Below are positions 46,691 through 57,152 of a stretch of DNA of 64,000 bases, in pieces. The position numbers were made by a program, and so were the translations under genes. Source of the DNA: an uncultured Lentisphaeraceae bacterium. GTDB taxonomy: Bacteria; Verrucomicrobiota; Kiritimatiellia; RFP12; UBA1067. Where the stretch lies: assembly GCA_964386865.1 (NCBI GenBank), contig CAYLUN010000010.1:20754-84753 (forward strand). Direction: 5' to 3'. The notes under the pieces are model-generated. The model searched no databases and had not been told where the DNA came from. It saw nothing but the letters and a program-made list of their open reading frames with translations. The stretch's first letter is position 1. Each line of letters begins with the position of its first letter.

Positions 46691-48946
46691 CTAGGGCTCG
46701 GTGGTCAGGGCCCGCGGGCGGGCGGCGAGGCGCTTGCCGTCCGAGAAGCGGACCGCTAGGGGCGCGTCGCCGTAGTTGTAGACGGCGTAGGTCTTGGCAC
46801 CGCCCTTCTTGAAGACATTGTAGAACGGGTAGTCGGCGGTCACGGAAGCCTCGTTGATGCCGAGGCGGTCGAGGGTGTGGATCCAGTGGTACATGAAGGC
46901 GTGCGTGTTGCCGCCCTCCAGCTTGCAGGCGGGGTTCGCGTCGATGTAGGCCGCGGCTGGCGCAGGATCGGCCAGGGCGCCGAACATCATGACGAGGTCG
47001 CCCCAGCCGCTGTTGAAGTTGGATCCCGCCTTGCGTGTCGCGACGAGGCGGCCGTGGTTCCGCTTCACGTACGCGGGAAAGCGGCCTAGGTAGAACGAGG
47101 CGGGCGTAAAGGGCAGCCAGTTGATGCCGTGGATGCAGTCGCTGTCGCCCGAGAACCAGGTGCCGAAGGCGCCCTTGCCGCCCCAGACCATGCCCAAGGC
47201 CACTTGGGGGTAGTCCTTGGGGTAGTTCGTGCCGGACACGTCGAACCAGTACTCCTCGACGGCCGTCCGCTCGGTGTTAAACAGAAAGAGGCCCGCGTCG
47301 CGGACCGTCATGTCGCACGTCGCCTGACCCCACATCGCCATGCCATACCACGCGTTCATCGACTCGCTCGAGGACTCTTGGTTGTTGCCGTCCGCGAAGT
47401 TGGCGTCGCCCGAGGCCCACGAGTGGCCGGCGTACTTGTCGAAGCAGCGGAGGTAGGGGAAAAGCGGGTCCGCGCGGTCCGTTGAGGCGATGTCGCGGAT
47501 CAGCAGCTTGACCATGGGGCCCCAGTTCTCGGCCCAGGCCGGATCCACGCGCGCGACCTCGGCCGCGGCGCGGATGAAGTAGCCGTAATGGAAGTGGTGG
47601 TCGTTGAGCGGCGTGTCGCTGCCGTAGGAGGGGCGGCTGCCGACCAGCGAGCCCCAGCGTGCATTGTAGTAAAACACCGGCTGCTCTTTGCCGGGGGCGG
47701 CCGTGAACCAGGCCTCCAGCCGCCGCTTGAGTTCGGCAACCAAGCGCTGCTGCAGGTCGGCTGCGCCGATGACCTCGGCTATGCCGCTCAGCGTCGCGAG
47801 GCGCCCGAGGTGCTTGCCCTCCCAGTAGGTGTCGCCAAATGCGGCCGGCGGCTTGTCGGCTTCGGCCTGCAGGTAGCCGGCCATTCGCGCGCGATCCGGC
47901 ACCCCTTGGTGCGGAAACATCGGCAGCACGCCTTGGAGCGGGGTCGAAGTGACGAACTGCTCGCCCGAGCCGACCTTCATCGTGCCACGCACGGAGCCGT
48001 AGGTCATGGGGGTGAGCGGGGTCGTCGCATACTTCCACTGGTGCGGGTAGAGCGCGAACAGGGTGCCCGCTGTCTGCCCCTCGTAGGGCTTGACGGTGAA
48101 GCGATAGGTCGTTTGCACAGCCGCGTCGTCGACGGCGTAGTCGGCGCGCGTGTCGGTCACGTGGTTGTAGGCGTAGGCTTTGAAGCGCGCGAGCGTTTCC
48201 GGCTGGGCGTCCGGCAGCAGCGCGACTGAAAAGTAGGCCTTGCCGTTCGCGTGGTTGGTGATCGCCAGGCCGCCGAGGCCGCACCAGGTCGAGCCGCTCG
48301 GGCCGAAAAGCGCGTAGTGGTTTCCGCCGGCCGTCACGCCGAGCACCGGCTCGCTCGCGGAGCCCGCGAAGAGCCGAGGCGCCTGAGCGAAGCTCACCAC
48401 CGGACAGCCGCCTTCGTACAGCGCGAAAACGAAGGGGGAACCGTGGCCGATGCTCACGCGCATCTGGGCCGCCCCGGACGAGAAGGCGGCCGTCACGAAC
48501 CACTCCGAGCAGCCGTCGCAAGCGGCCTGCGGGAAGGTCGAGGCGGCTGAATGGCCCAGGCGCAGGTCGCCCTCCTTGCTCAGGCCTGCGCCGAAGATGC
48601 CCGCCGCGCTGCCGTGCACCTTGGCGCCCGGATAGCCGATCTTAAAGCCGGTCTCGACGCACTGGCCCACCAGCGGGTGCGCGAAGAGCGGCTGCGAGCA
48701 CTTCTGCCAAAGCAGCGAACTCCACCACTGCCCCGTGAGCACGGGGCCTTTGTACTGGGCCGTGCGAGAGATCGCGTCCGGAAGAGGCTTGCACGGCTTG
48801 GGGCGCGCGGTCAGGTAGCTTCCCGCACCGGCCGCGACGACGCCCGTTTGCTCGTTTCCGCGCGCGCCGCTCGCGGCTGCGAGCGCGGCTAGGGCCAGCA
48901 AGCCGAGCCGAAGCGGCCGGCAGGCGGATCGTCTAGTCGCTGTCAT
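46691..48946 (-). CDS. glycoside hydrolase family 81-like endo-beta-1,3-glucanase, secreted
   Basis: 751 aa with signal peptide. 'NDHHFHYGY' and 'ESSSESMNAWY' blocks resemble GH81 conserved catalytic regions. Confidence 0.65.
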   Translation of the reverse strand: MTATRRSACRPLRLGLLALAALAAASGARGNEQTGVVAAGAGSYLTARPKPCKPLPDAISRTAQYKGPVLTGQWWSSLLWQKCSQPLFAHPLVGQCVETGFKIGYPGAKVHGSAAGIFGAGLSKEGDLRLGHSAASTFPQAACDGCSEWFVTAAFSSGAAQMRVSIGHGSPFVFALYEGGCPVVSFAQAPRLFAGSASEPVLGVTAGGNHYALFGPSGSTWCGLGGLAITNHANGKAYFSVALLPDAQPETLARFKAYAYNHVTDTRADYAVDDAAVQTTYRFTVKPYEGQTAGTLFALYPHQWKYATTPLTPMTYGSVRGTMKVGSGEQFVTSTPLQGVLPMFPHQGVPDRARMAGYLQAEADKPPAAFGDTYWEGKHLGRLATLSGIAEVIGAADLQQRLVAELKRRLEAWFTAAPGKEQPVFYYNARWGSLVGSRPSYGSDTPLNDHHFHYGYFIRAAAEVARVDPAWAENWGPMVKLLIRDIASTDRADPLFPYLRCFDKYAGHSWASGDANFADGNNQESSSESMNAWYGMAMWGQATCDMTVRDAGLFLFNTERTAVEEYWFDVSGTNYPKDYPQVALGMVWGGKGAFGTWFSGDSDCIHGINWLPFTPASFYLGRFPAYVKRNHGRLVATRKAGSNFNSGWGDLVMMFGALADPAPAAAYIDANPACKLEGGNTHAFMYHWIHTLDRLGINEASVTADYPFYNVFKKGGAKTYAVYNYGDAPLAVRFSDGKRLAARPRALTTEP

Positions 48947-48978
48947 CGGGTTGCCTCCAGGTCAACCGCAGCACCGGG

Positions 48979-49782
48979 TTAGCCGCGTGCGGCCGCACTC
49001 CTTCTGCGCTTGTCGCGGATGTACATGGCTGACCCGTTGCGCAGGTCCAGCTCGAACAGCTCGGTGGCCTGGATGAGCTTGTTCCAGCTCTTGAAGCCGT
49101 AGTTGACGGGCGAGTAGGACTTCTGGTTCACGATGTACTGCGAGACCCGGCTCATGTGCGACCAGCCGTCGTCATCGGCCGTGTTCTCGCAGGCGAGGCG
49201 GAGCACGCGGACCAGGCCGGCGTCGTTGCGCAGCTCGTTCTTGGTCTGCTGGGTCTGCGGGGTCTGCGGGGCCTGTTTGGCGGCCGTCGCAACCGCTGCG
49301 GGCTTCGCCGGGGCGGGCTCGGCAGCGGACTCCTCTTCGCGGCGCGCGGCGGAGATCAGATCTTCGGTGAAGATGAACTGCGAGCAGGCCTTCACGAACG
49401 GGTCGGGCGTCTTCTTCTGGCCGAAGCCGAAGACCTCCTTGCCGCTTTCCAGCAGGCGCACGACGAGCGGCGTGAAGTCGCTGTCGCTGCTCATTACGGC
49501 GAAGCAGTCCACGGAGTTGGTGTAGAGGATGTCCATCGCGTCGATGATGATCGCGGCGTCGGTGGCGTTCTTGCCTTTGGTGTAGCCGAACTGCTGGACG
49601 GGCTTGAGGGCGAAGAGCAGCGAGTGGGACTCCCAGTTCTTGAGGTGGCTGCTCTTCCAGTCGCCGTACGCGCGGCGGATGTTGACGACCCCGTACTTGG
49701 CCAGCTCGTTCAGCACCGGCTCCACCGCCTCGCGGCTGGTGTTTTCGCAGTCGATCAGCAGCGCGATGTTCTTGTTCTTCAT
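48979..49782 (-). CDS. NYN-domain (LabA-like PIN-type nuclease fold) protein with C-terminal OST-HTH/LOTUS domain
   Basis: 'IALLIDCENTS', 'VMSSDSDF' NYN acidic motifs. C-terminal 'LVRVLRLACENTADDDGWSHMSRVSQYI' is OST-HTH-like. Confidence 0.7.
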   Translation of the reverse strand: MKNKNIALLIDCENTSREAVEPVLNELAKYGVVNIRRAYGDWKSSHLKNWESHSLLFALKPVQQFGYTKGKNATDAAIIIDAMDILYTNSVDCFAVMSSDSDFTPLVVRLLESGKEVFGFGQKKTPDPFVKACSQFIFTEDLISAARREEESAAEPAPAKPAAVATAAKQAPQTPQTQQTKNELRNDAGLVRVLRLACENTADDDGWSHMSRVSQYIVNQKSYSPVNYGFKSWNKLIQATELFELDLRNGSAMYIRDKRRRSAAARG

Positions 49783-49848
49783 GCGTTGAGTTTAACCCGA
49801 ACGAGCAGAAGAAGCCACTACGAAACATGCGAATGGGCACAAGGAGGG

Positions 49849-51570
49849 CTATTCTTCGATGCGCACGTCGTCGCAGTCGGCGGTCACGAAGCGCGGGGCG
49901 TCGGGCTTCCATTGCGGGTAGGCGTCCGTTTTCTCCAGCTTGTTGCCCGCGAAGGTCAGGCCTTTCACGCTGTAGAAGCCCAGGATGGCCGGGTGGAAGT
50001 AGCGGATCGTGTTGCCGGTGATGCGGATGTTCGAGTTGTAGCGGCTCTCGGCGCGGAGGGCGGGGTCGATGCCGGCGCGGCACTCGATGAGCGCCTGGCC
50101 CCAGACGCCGTAGTTGCAATTTTCGAAAAGGTTGTCGCGGATCACGCAGTCGCTTACGCCCGCCTGCTCGTACCAGAAGCGCGCGTCGCCTTCAAAGAGG
50201 ATCGCCGCGCCGGCCGTGTGGAAGGTGTTCTTTTCGACCACGGTCGGCCCGCGCGAGTTGAGCAGGATGCCGCGGGCGCGGTTGCCGCGGATCGTGCAGC
50301 CGCGGATCGTGAGCGCCGCGTAGTCGTCGCCGGCCGCGAGCGCGTCGCCGATCGCGAGCGTCTCCGGCAGCGGCTCCTTGAAGGTGAGGCGCGTGTACTC
50401 CTTGTTCAGCCGCTCGACTTGCCTGACCACGGGATAGGCGTACGTCGTGAGCGCCGGGCCTTTGACGAGTTCGAGCTTCTGGCCTTTCGCGATGAAGTCG
50501 AAGCCGAACTGCTGCGGGTGTACGAGCTTAACGTCGACGATGGCGGGCGCGAGGCGCTGGACGATGCGCACGTAGATGCCGTGGACGTTGGTGGCGTCGT
50601 CTTTCTGCAACTCGAACAGGCAGTCTTCGAGCATGACCTGCCCGCCGCAGTTCACGAAGTGTGTGGCGTCGGCTGTGAGGCTCACGATTCGGTTTTTGTT
50701 GGGAGCCGGCGTGACCTTCACGCGCCGCACGAAGAGGTCGCGGCTGCGCTGGCCGATCACGCCCATGCCGCCGCAGTGGTAGAGCGTCACGTCCTCGACC
50801 GTCACGTCGCGGCTGTCGGTGATCGTGATGCCGCAGGCCAGCCGGTGGTCGGGGCCGAAAACGAAGATGTTTCCGGGCGTGCCCTTCAGCTTCTCCCGCA
50901 GGAGGCGCACGCGGCGGTCGCCGAGATCCTGGGCGAGGATTTCGTCGCCGAGCCCGTAGTCGCGGGCCTGGTAGGCGGTCTCGCGCTTGACGGGGTCGAA
51001 CTCCAGCAGCCCGCGCACGGGGTAGAGCGTGCGCTCCTTGGAGGGTTTGCCGTCGTGGAACTTGAGTAGTCCGTTCTCGACGGAGTAGGGGTACTCGGCG
51101 GCGATCTCGACATCCGCGTAGGCGTTGGTCACCGCGAGGATCTTGCCCTCGCTGTGGAAGGTCCGCTCGTAGTCTACGCTGAAGTTGCGCAGCACGATGC
51201 CGCGGGCGTTGTCGACCGTGAACGGCGACAGGTAGCCGTGGAAGAGGAACGCCGAGCCCTGGCCGTCGACCTCGAAACCCTTCATGCCGTCGAGGGGGAA
51301 GGCGATGCGCTTGAGGCCCTCGTCGTTGTTGCTGATGAACTGGTAGCGCTCGAAGGCTTTGTCGGGGTAGAAGTCATAGCGGCCCTTGGGAAAGACCAGC
51401 TTGGCCGCGCCCTGTTTCTTGGCCTGCGTCAGCGCGATGCGGACGGCGAGGGTGTCGTCCTTGTCGTCGTCGGGAAACGCGCCGAAAAGCGAGGCGTCGA
51501 GCGTTCCGCCGGCCGAGGCGGCTGTGGCGAAGAGGGCGGCGAGAAGGAGGGCGTGGGCTTGGTGTTTCAT
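49849..51570 (-). CDS. secreted right-handed parallel beta-helix (pectin-lyase-fold) carbohydrate-active enzyme
   Basis: 573 aa. Signal peptide. Repeated 'ITI.DS.DVTVEDV', 'IRGN.ARGILL', 'IRITGNTI' beta-helix coil motifs. Family unassigned. Confidence 0.5.
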   Translation of the reverse strand: MKHQAHALLLAALFATAASAGGTLDASLFGAFPDDDKDDTLAVRIALTQAKKQGAAKLVFPKGRYDFYPDKAFERYQFISNNDEGLKRIAFPLDGMKGFEVDGQGSAFLFHGYLSPFTVDNARGIVLRNFSVDYERTFHSEGKILAVTNAYADVEIAAEYPYSVENGLLKFHDGKPSKERTLYPVRGLLEFDPVKRETAYQARDYGLGDEILAQDLGDRRVRLLREKLKGTPGNIFVFGPDHRLACGITITDSRDVTVEDVTLYHCGGMGVIGQRSRDLFVRRVKVTPAPNKNRIVSLTADATHFVNCGGQVMLEDCLFELQKDDATNVHGIYVRIVQRLAPAIVDVKLVHPQQFGFDFIAKGQKLELVKGPALTTYAYPVVRQVERLNKEYTRLTFKEPLPETLAIGDALAAGDDYAALTIRGCTIRGNRARGILLNSRGPTVVEKNTFHTAGAAILFEGDARFWYEQAGVSDCVIRDNLFENCNYGVWGQALIECRAGIDPALRAESRYNSNIRITGNTIRYFHPAILGFYSVKGLTFAGNKLEKTDAYPQWKPDAPRFVTADCDDVRIEE

Positions 51571-51644
51571 GCGGGTTTGTCCTTAGAATCGAAGTGCATG
51601 CGAGAAAGATAATATATCCGTTATCGTCAGGCGTCCGATGGTCG

Positions 51645-52574
51645 TCAGACGTTGTCCGGAAACAGATGATCGAGAAAGCGTTGCGCCACGGTCTCGCCCT
51701 CGGGCGGGGAGATGGCCATGTCGGGGGAGACCTCAATGACGGTCAGGCGGCGCGTGGCGCGGTCGACCAGGAAGTCGACGCCCACGAGCGGCAGGGCGAG
51801 TTCGCGGGCGATGCGCTGCGCGATCTTCAGGGCGCGGGCGGGCACGGAGTCGGTGACGACGTCGCAGGTTCCGCCGGTGTGGTAGTTGTTGGTGAGACGC
51901 ACGCGCACGCGTTCGCCGGGAGCGGGCACGTCGTCCGGCGAGCGGCCAAGCTCCGCGAGGTTGCGGCGCGTCTCGGCGTTCCACGGGATCACGTTGCTGG
52001 GATCCTCCTTGCGGCGGGTCGCGTTGCGGCGGGCGATGAGTTGGCGCAGCGTGTGCGCGCCGTCGCCGGTGACGGCGGCCGGGCTGCGGCGGATGGCGGC
52101 GGCGAGTTCGCCGCCCACGAGGATCACGCGCAGATCCTCGCCGGGCGCGGTCTCCTCGAGGACCACGTCGGTCTCGTAGCGCCGCGCGAAGCGCACGGCG
52201 GCATGCAGCTCGGCGGGCGTGCGAACGCCCATGGAGATGCCGCGCCCACCCCACTGCATGCAGGGCTTGACCACGACGGGGGCGTGGTCGCGCAGGAAGG
52301 CGAGCGCGTCTCCGGCGTGCGCGTCATCATAGGCGAGTTGCGCGGGCACGGGAAGGCGTCGGCGGGCGAGCCACGCGTGGCAGGCGCGCTTGTTGTTAAC
52401 CAGGTGGTAGGTCGCGGCGCCGACGAGGTCGGTGAGCGCGTTGAAGCAGCGCACGGTCTTGCCGTCGCGGCTGAGGTCGAAGATCGGCAGGTTCGGGTCG
52501 GGGTTGACCAGCTTGACGCGGATGCCGCGGCGCCGCGCCTCGTCGGTGAGGGTCGTGGTATAGGGGGTGAGCAT
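51645..52574 (-). CDS. ATP-grasp domain protein (RimK / cyanophycin-synthetase-like ligase)
   Basis: 309 aa. 'VVVKP..WGGRGISMG', 'DLRVILVGGEL', 'GVDFLVD' ATP-grasp pattern. Confidence 0.6.
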   Translation of the reverse strand: MLTPYTTTLTDEARRRGIRVKLVNPDPNLPIFDLSRDGKTVRCFNALTDLVGAATYHLVNNKRACHAWLARRRLPVPAQLAYDDAHAGDALAFLRDHAPVVVKPCMQWGGRGISMGVRTPAELHAAVRFARRYETDVVLEETAPGEDLRVILVGGELAAAIRRSPAAVTGDGAHTLRQLIARRNATRRKEDPSNVIPWNAETRRNLAELGRSPDDVPAPGERVRVRLTNNYHTGGTCDVVTDSVPARALKIAQRIARELALPLVGVDFLVDRATRRLTVIEVSPDMAISPPEGETVAQRFLDHLFPDNV

Positions 52575-52987
52575 AGTTGACAGTTGAGGTTAGCGCTGGG
52601 CGTTCAGCGCGTGTCGGAAAGGATGGCAGATCGAGACGGGGCAGGGCAAGGGGAAAGTGGGAGAGGAAAAGTGAGAGAAAGGGTACGAGGAACGATCTGC
52701 GCCAAACGCCGATCGCGGAACACGCGCATTCGTGAAGGCCTGGCGATCATCGGGTCTGGACGGGCGTCGGCCCGCCCGCGCCACGGCGGCGGCGTGCTTC
52801 TCCGTTGACGGCACTGGTTCGTGCGTGTACCATCGGCACATGGGTAGGAGTTTGGGGCTTGGAAATTGGGCTTTACGGGAGGCCGTTGCTCATTTATCGG
52901 CCTAAGCTATGAAGAGTCAACCGTCCGCGCGATGCGGGCGCGGCCGTGCGAAGGGCCTAGGCCTCGTGGCAAACGGTCTATGATGTC

Positions 52988-53113
52988 GATTCCGCTGAAA
53001 AAGTCGGCGAGCGGCGGCGAATCGAACGGGATGCCCTCACGGGCACACAAACGGGTGCGAAGCGTTCGTAGTGGCGCCGTCAGACGCTTCAAGCCGACTT
53101 ATTCAGCGGAATC
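52988..53113. mobile_element. MITE-like nonautonomous element, copy 2 (~126 bp), intact 21-bp TIRs, 7-bp TSD TGATGTC
   Basis: GATTCCGCTGAAAAAGTCGGCG ... GCCGACTTATTCAGCGGAATC. TGATGTC at 52981-52987 and 53114-53120. Lies in the 5' region of the GH2 gene. Confidence 0.6.
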
Positions 53114-53150
53114 TGATGTCGGCTTCCGTGTCGCGATTGAGGAGTGCGTG

Positions 53151-54944
53151 ATGAGGTGGAGGGGACTGAAAGCTGAAGTGTGGGCCCGGAGCGTTCAGAA
53201 ATGGGCGCTGCTTGTCTGTGCGTGTTCGCTCGTCACTGCACAGGTGCACGCCGCCGCCAAATATCCGCAGCATCCCAAGCGGCAGGCGCAGCGGCTCGAC
53301 GGCTCGTGGCGGTTCGTCTGGCTCGGCGACGCTGACTGGGCTGGCTTGAGACCTGAGGCGATAACCTGCGACAGGATCGCCGCCGTTCCGGGCGTCTTTG
53401 ACACCGCGCTGGACAACTACGGAAAACGCGGAACGGGGGTTTATCGGCGGACAGTTGCTGCATCTCCTGGCGCCCTGCGCCTGAAGATCGGCGGCCTCGG
53501 CCTCTGCGCCAAGGTCTGGTGGGACGGCACGCTCGTCGGAGAGGTCCGGCTGCCCTATGCGTCGGTCGATCTGGATTTTGACAACCCGACAGCGGGCGAG
53601 CACACGCTGACGATTGCCGTGGACAACCGCTTCTCGGCTGGCACCGCGCCGCTCTTCAAGGCCAGCTATGATTTCTATGGCTACGGAGGCATCTACCGGA
53701 GCCTCATGCTCGAAGCGCTTCCGGCGCAGCGGATCGAACGTGTTCAGGTTACCACGCTTGATCCGGTGGCGGGGCGCGTCCGCATCCGCCTCAGCACGGC
53801 GGGCGTCGCGGACGGCGCCGCATCCGTTGCGGTTGGCTTTGACTCGCAGCCCGGTCAGCCTCACGACGTGACGGTCTCCGGCGGGGCCGCCGAGTGGGAG
53901 TGCGCCGTGCCGGCCGCGAAGCCCTGGTCCCCGGACGCGCCGCACTTGCACGCAGTGTGCGTGACACTTGGAGCCGATCAGGTGATTGACCGGTTTGGCC
54001 TTCGCAGGATCGAAACCGAAGGCCGGCAGATTCTCCTGAACGGCCAGCCGATCCGGCTCAAAGGAGTCAACCGCCACGAGTCACACCCCGAGTTCGGCCC
54101 CGTGCAGAACACGCACCTGATGCTGGATGACATCCGCCTCGTCCGCACGCTCGGCGGCAACTTTATCCGCTGCGTCCATTACCAGCACGACCCCGAGTTT
54201 TACGAGCTTTGCGATGAGACCGGCACGCTGGTCTGGGCCGAGAGCTTGGGGTGGGGTCTTGGCGAGAAAGAGCTGCTTCCGCTGGAGCCTCTGCTCGTGG
54301 AGGAGACGCGCATCCTCGGCCGCATCGTGGCCAACCATCCCTCGGTGATCATCGCCGGGTTCCTGAACGAGTGCGCGTCGGACAAGGCGAGCTGCCTGCC
54401 CCTCTATCAGAAGCTGGCCGGCACGCTGCGTGAGACCGCTCCTAACACCTTGGTCTCCTACGCCTCCAACCGGCTCAAGAAGGACGTGTGCCTCAGCGTG
54501 TGCGATGTGGTGTCCCTTAACTACTATCCCGGGTGGATTTCCCCTGTCTCGTGGGATCAGCCTTCGAGCGCGCAGGTGCCCGGATACGTGGACGACCTTG
54601 CCAAATGGTTTGACGCGCCGGAGAACAAGGAGGTCTTCGGCAAGCCCCTCATCACGTCGGAAACCGGCTGCTGCGGCGTCTACGGCGTGAGGGATCGCGC
54701 GCTGGCTCAGTGGTCCGAAGAGTATCAGGCCGATTATCTCGTCACCTCCCTTCGCGCCTCGATGAATAACCCGCGCTTCTGCGGCGTCGTCATCTGGCAG
54801 ATGTTCGACACGCGCTCGTTTGTCAACGCCGGCGAGGTGCGCGGCAAATTCAGGGGTTTCAACAACGCCGGGCTGCTGGACGAGTACCGCCGCCCGAAGC
54901 TCGCCTTCGACGAGGTGCAGAAGGTATTCAAGGAGCTGAAGTGA
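53151..54944 (+). CDS. glycoside hydrolase family 2 (beta-glucuronidase/beta-galactosidase-like), secreted
   Basis: 597 aa. Signal peptide. 'GVNRHE', 'GFLNECASD' (acid/base E) and 'ITSETGCCG' (nucleophile E) GH2 TIM-barrel motifs. GAGGAG RBS. Confidence 0.75.
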   Translation: MRWRGLKAEVWARSVQKWALLVCACSLVTAQVHAAAKYPQHPKRQAQRLDGSWRFVWLGDADWAGLRPEAITCDRIAAVPGVFDTALDNYGKRGTGVYRRTVAASPGALRLKIGGLGLCAKVWWDGTLVGEVRLPYASVDLDFDNPTAGEHTLTIAVDNRFSAGTAPLFKASYDFYGYGGIYRSLMLEALPAQRIERVQVTTLDPVAGRVRIRLSTAGVADGAASVAVGFDSQPGQPHDVTVSGGAAEWECAVPAAKPWSPDAPHLHAVCVTLGADQVIDRFGLRRIETEGRQILLNGQPIRLKGVNRHESHPEFGPVQNTHLMLDDIRLVRTLGGNFIRCVHYQHDPEFYELCDETGTLVWAESLGWGLGEKELLPLEPLLVEETRILGRIVANHPSVIIAGFLNECASDKASCLPLYQKLAGTLRETAPNTLVSYASNRLKKDVCLSVCDVVSLNYYPGWISPVSWDQPSSAQVPGYVDDLAKWFDAPENKEVFGKPLITSETGCCGVYGVRDRALAQWSEEYQADYLVTSLRASMNNPRFCGVVIWQMFDTRSFVNAGEVRGKFRGFNNAGLLDEYRRPKLAFDEVQKVFKELK

Positions 54945-55088
54945 GAAGCCTCATCCGCGTCGACGTGAGGCGTCGCGCGCGTCACGATGCGCCCGTATCT
55001 TTCGGTGGCGCGGGAGGGCCGCCTGAAGGCGGTACACCTGCGCTGGACGGGTTGGTGTCCCGGCTCAGTTCTTAGAGGAGGTGTGAAG

Positions 55089-57062
55089 ATGTGTAGGCGA
55101 GAGTCCGGTGTGCGGCGGATGTCGTGTGCGGCGGCGCTGATGGTGCTTGGCGCGGCGGCGCAAGGTGCGACGGCGGCGGAAAAGCCGAACGTGGTTTTCT
55201 TCCTTGTGGACGACATGGGGTGGATGGACTGCGGCGCGTACGGCTCGCAGTACTACGAGACGCCGAACATGGACCGGCTCGCGAAGCAGGGCATGCGCTT
55301 CACGCAGGCCTACGCGCAGCCGCTCTGCTCGCCCACGCGCGCGTCGATTCTCACGGGCCAATACGCGGCGCGCCACCGCATCACCAGCGCCTCGGGCCAC
55401 CAGCCGCCGCAGGCGTCGGACGACGAGCTGATGCCCAAGGTCGCCCGGCCGAACGCGCCGCTGCTGATGCCGGAGAGCAAGAACTTCCTCGAGCCGTCGC
55501 AGATCACGCTGGCTGAGGCGCTGCGCGACGCCGGCTACCGCACGGCGCACATCGGCAAGTGGCACCTCGGGCTGACTCAACCCTATTGGCCGGAAAAGCA
55601 GGGCTTCGAGGTCGCCTTCCACGCCCAGCCGAGCCCCGGCCCGGCCAGCTACTTTTCGCCGTACGGCGTCGTTCCAGAGGGAGCGCCGAGCGCCAAACAG
55701 CACGTCGGCACGATCACCGACGGGCCGGCAGGCGAGTACATCACGGACCGGCTGACCGACGAGGCGGTCACGTTCATCGAGGGCAGCAAGAGCAAGCCCT
55801 TCTTCTTGAATCTCTGGCATCACGGCGTCCACGGGCCATGGGGGCACAAGGAGGCCTACACGGCGCAGTTCGCGAAGAAGGGCGACCCGCGCGGCGTGCA
55901 GGGCAACCCGCTCATGGCCTCGATGCTCAAGAGCGTCGACGAGAGCCTCGGCCGCATCATGGCCAAGCTCGATGAACTCAAGCTGGCGGACAACACGGTC
56001 ATCGTCTTCTACTCCGACAACGGCGGTAACGTGCACAGCAACACGCCCGACGACGAGAAGGGCAAGCGGCGCAGGCCGGACGATACGCGGCTGCTGGACT
56101 GGCGCAAGTGGGCTGGTGACCGTCCGCCGACCTGCAACGCGCCGCTGCGCGACGGCAAGGGCCGGCTCTACGAGGGCGGCATCCGCGTGCCGCTCGTCGT
56201 CCGCTGGCCCGGCAAGGTTGCGGCGGGCGCGACAAACGACGCGGTCGTGGGCTGCGTCGACCTGTATCCCACGCTGCTCGACCTCGCCGGCGTGCCGGTT
56301 CCGGCGGCGCAGAAAGTGGACGGCGTGTCGTTCGCGCCGGTGCTGCGCGGCACGGGCGCGCTGACGCGTGAGGCGTACTTCACCTGGTTCCCGCACCTCG
56401 TGCCGGGCGTCGCGGTGCGCAAGGGCGACTGGAAGCTCATCCGGCGCTTCGAAGAGCGGCCGTCGGAGTACGAGGGCCTGTTCGAGCTGTTCAACCTGAA
56501 GGACGACCTCGGCGAAACGAAGAACCTGGCTGCAGCGATGCCGGACAAAGTGAAGGAGCTGGACGCGCTGATCGACGCCTTCGTGAAGGAGACGGGCGCG
56601 CTCTATCCGAAACCGAACCCGGCGTACAAGCCGCAGGCTGCGGTGACCGCGCCTGCAGCCGACCCGGCGCAGGGGCTGGTGCCCAAATTCTGCAAGGCCA
56701 CGGTGGCGGGCGGCGCGCTGCGCGTCGAGGCGGACGGGCGTAACCCGTTCCTTGGCACAGCGCAGGTGAAGGCACGTGGGCCGCTCACGCTCGCGCTGCG
56801 CGCCCGCTGCGCGGCGGGCGGGCCGGGCAAAGTGCAGTGGGTCACCGGGGACAACGCCGATTTCACGGTGCCCGGCCAGACGGCCGAGTTCGCGCTGAAA
56901 CCTGGCGCAGAGTGGCAGGATGTCACGATGGCGCTGCCGATCCAAGGTGCGCCGCGCATCGTGCGGCTCTACCTGCCCGCCGAAAAGGGGCCGGTCGAGG
57001 TCGCCTGGATCCGCTACCTGGACGCGTCCGGCAAGCCGGTGCGCGTGTGGACATTCCGTTGA
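55089..57062 (+). CDS. sulfatase (formylglycine-dependent, Cys-type) with C-terminal extension
   Basis: Signal peptide. 'VVFFLVDDMGW' metal-binding block and 'CSPTRASILTG' C-x-P-x-R FGly signature. 'GKWH' motif. Confidence 0.85.
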   Translation: MCRRESGVRRMSCAAALMVLGAAAQGATAAEKPNVVFFLVDDMGWMDCGAYGSQYYETPNMDRLAKQGMRFTQAYAQPLCSPTRASILTGQYAARHRITSASGHQPPQASDDELMPKVARPNAPLLMPESKNFLEPSQITLAEALRDAGYRTAHIGKWHLGLTQPYWPEKQGFEVAFHAQPSPGPASYFSPYGVVPEGAPSAKQHVGTITDGPAGEYITDRLTDEAVTFIEGSKSKPFFLNLWHHGVHGPWGHKEAYTAQFAKKGDPRGVQGNPLMASMLKSVDESLGRIMAKLDELKLADNTVIVFYSDNGGNVHSNTPDDEKGKRRRPDDTRLLDWRKWAGDRPPTCNAPLRDGKGRLYEGGIRVPLVVRWPGKVAAGATNDAVVGCVDLYPTLLDLAGVPVPAAQKVDGVSFAPVLRGTGALTREAYFTWFPHLVPGVAVRKGDWKLIRRFEERPSEYEGLFELFNLKDDLGETKNLAAAMPDKVKELDALIDAFVKETGALYPKPNPAYKPQAAVTAPAADPAQGLVPKFCKATVAGGALRVEADGRNPFLGTAQVKARGPLTLALRARCAAGGPGKVQWVTGDNADFTVPGQTAEFALKPGAEWQDVTMALPIQGAPRIVRLYLPAEKGPVEVAWIRYLDASGKPVRVWTFR

Positions 57063-57152
57063 CAACGGAGCCGGGAGCTTGCTAAGATGTTTTTACTGGA
57101 TGCAATTGGTTTTGGGGATTGAAACAAGCGAACGTACAACAGGGGGGCTGAC

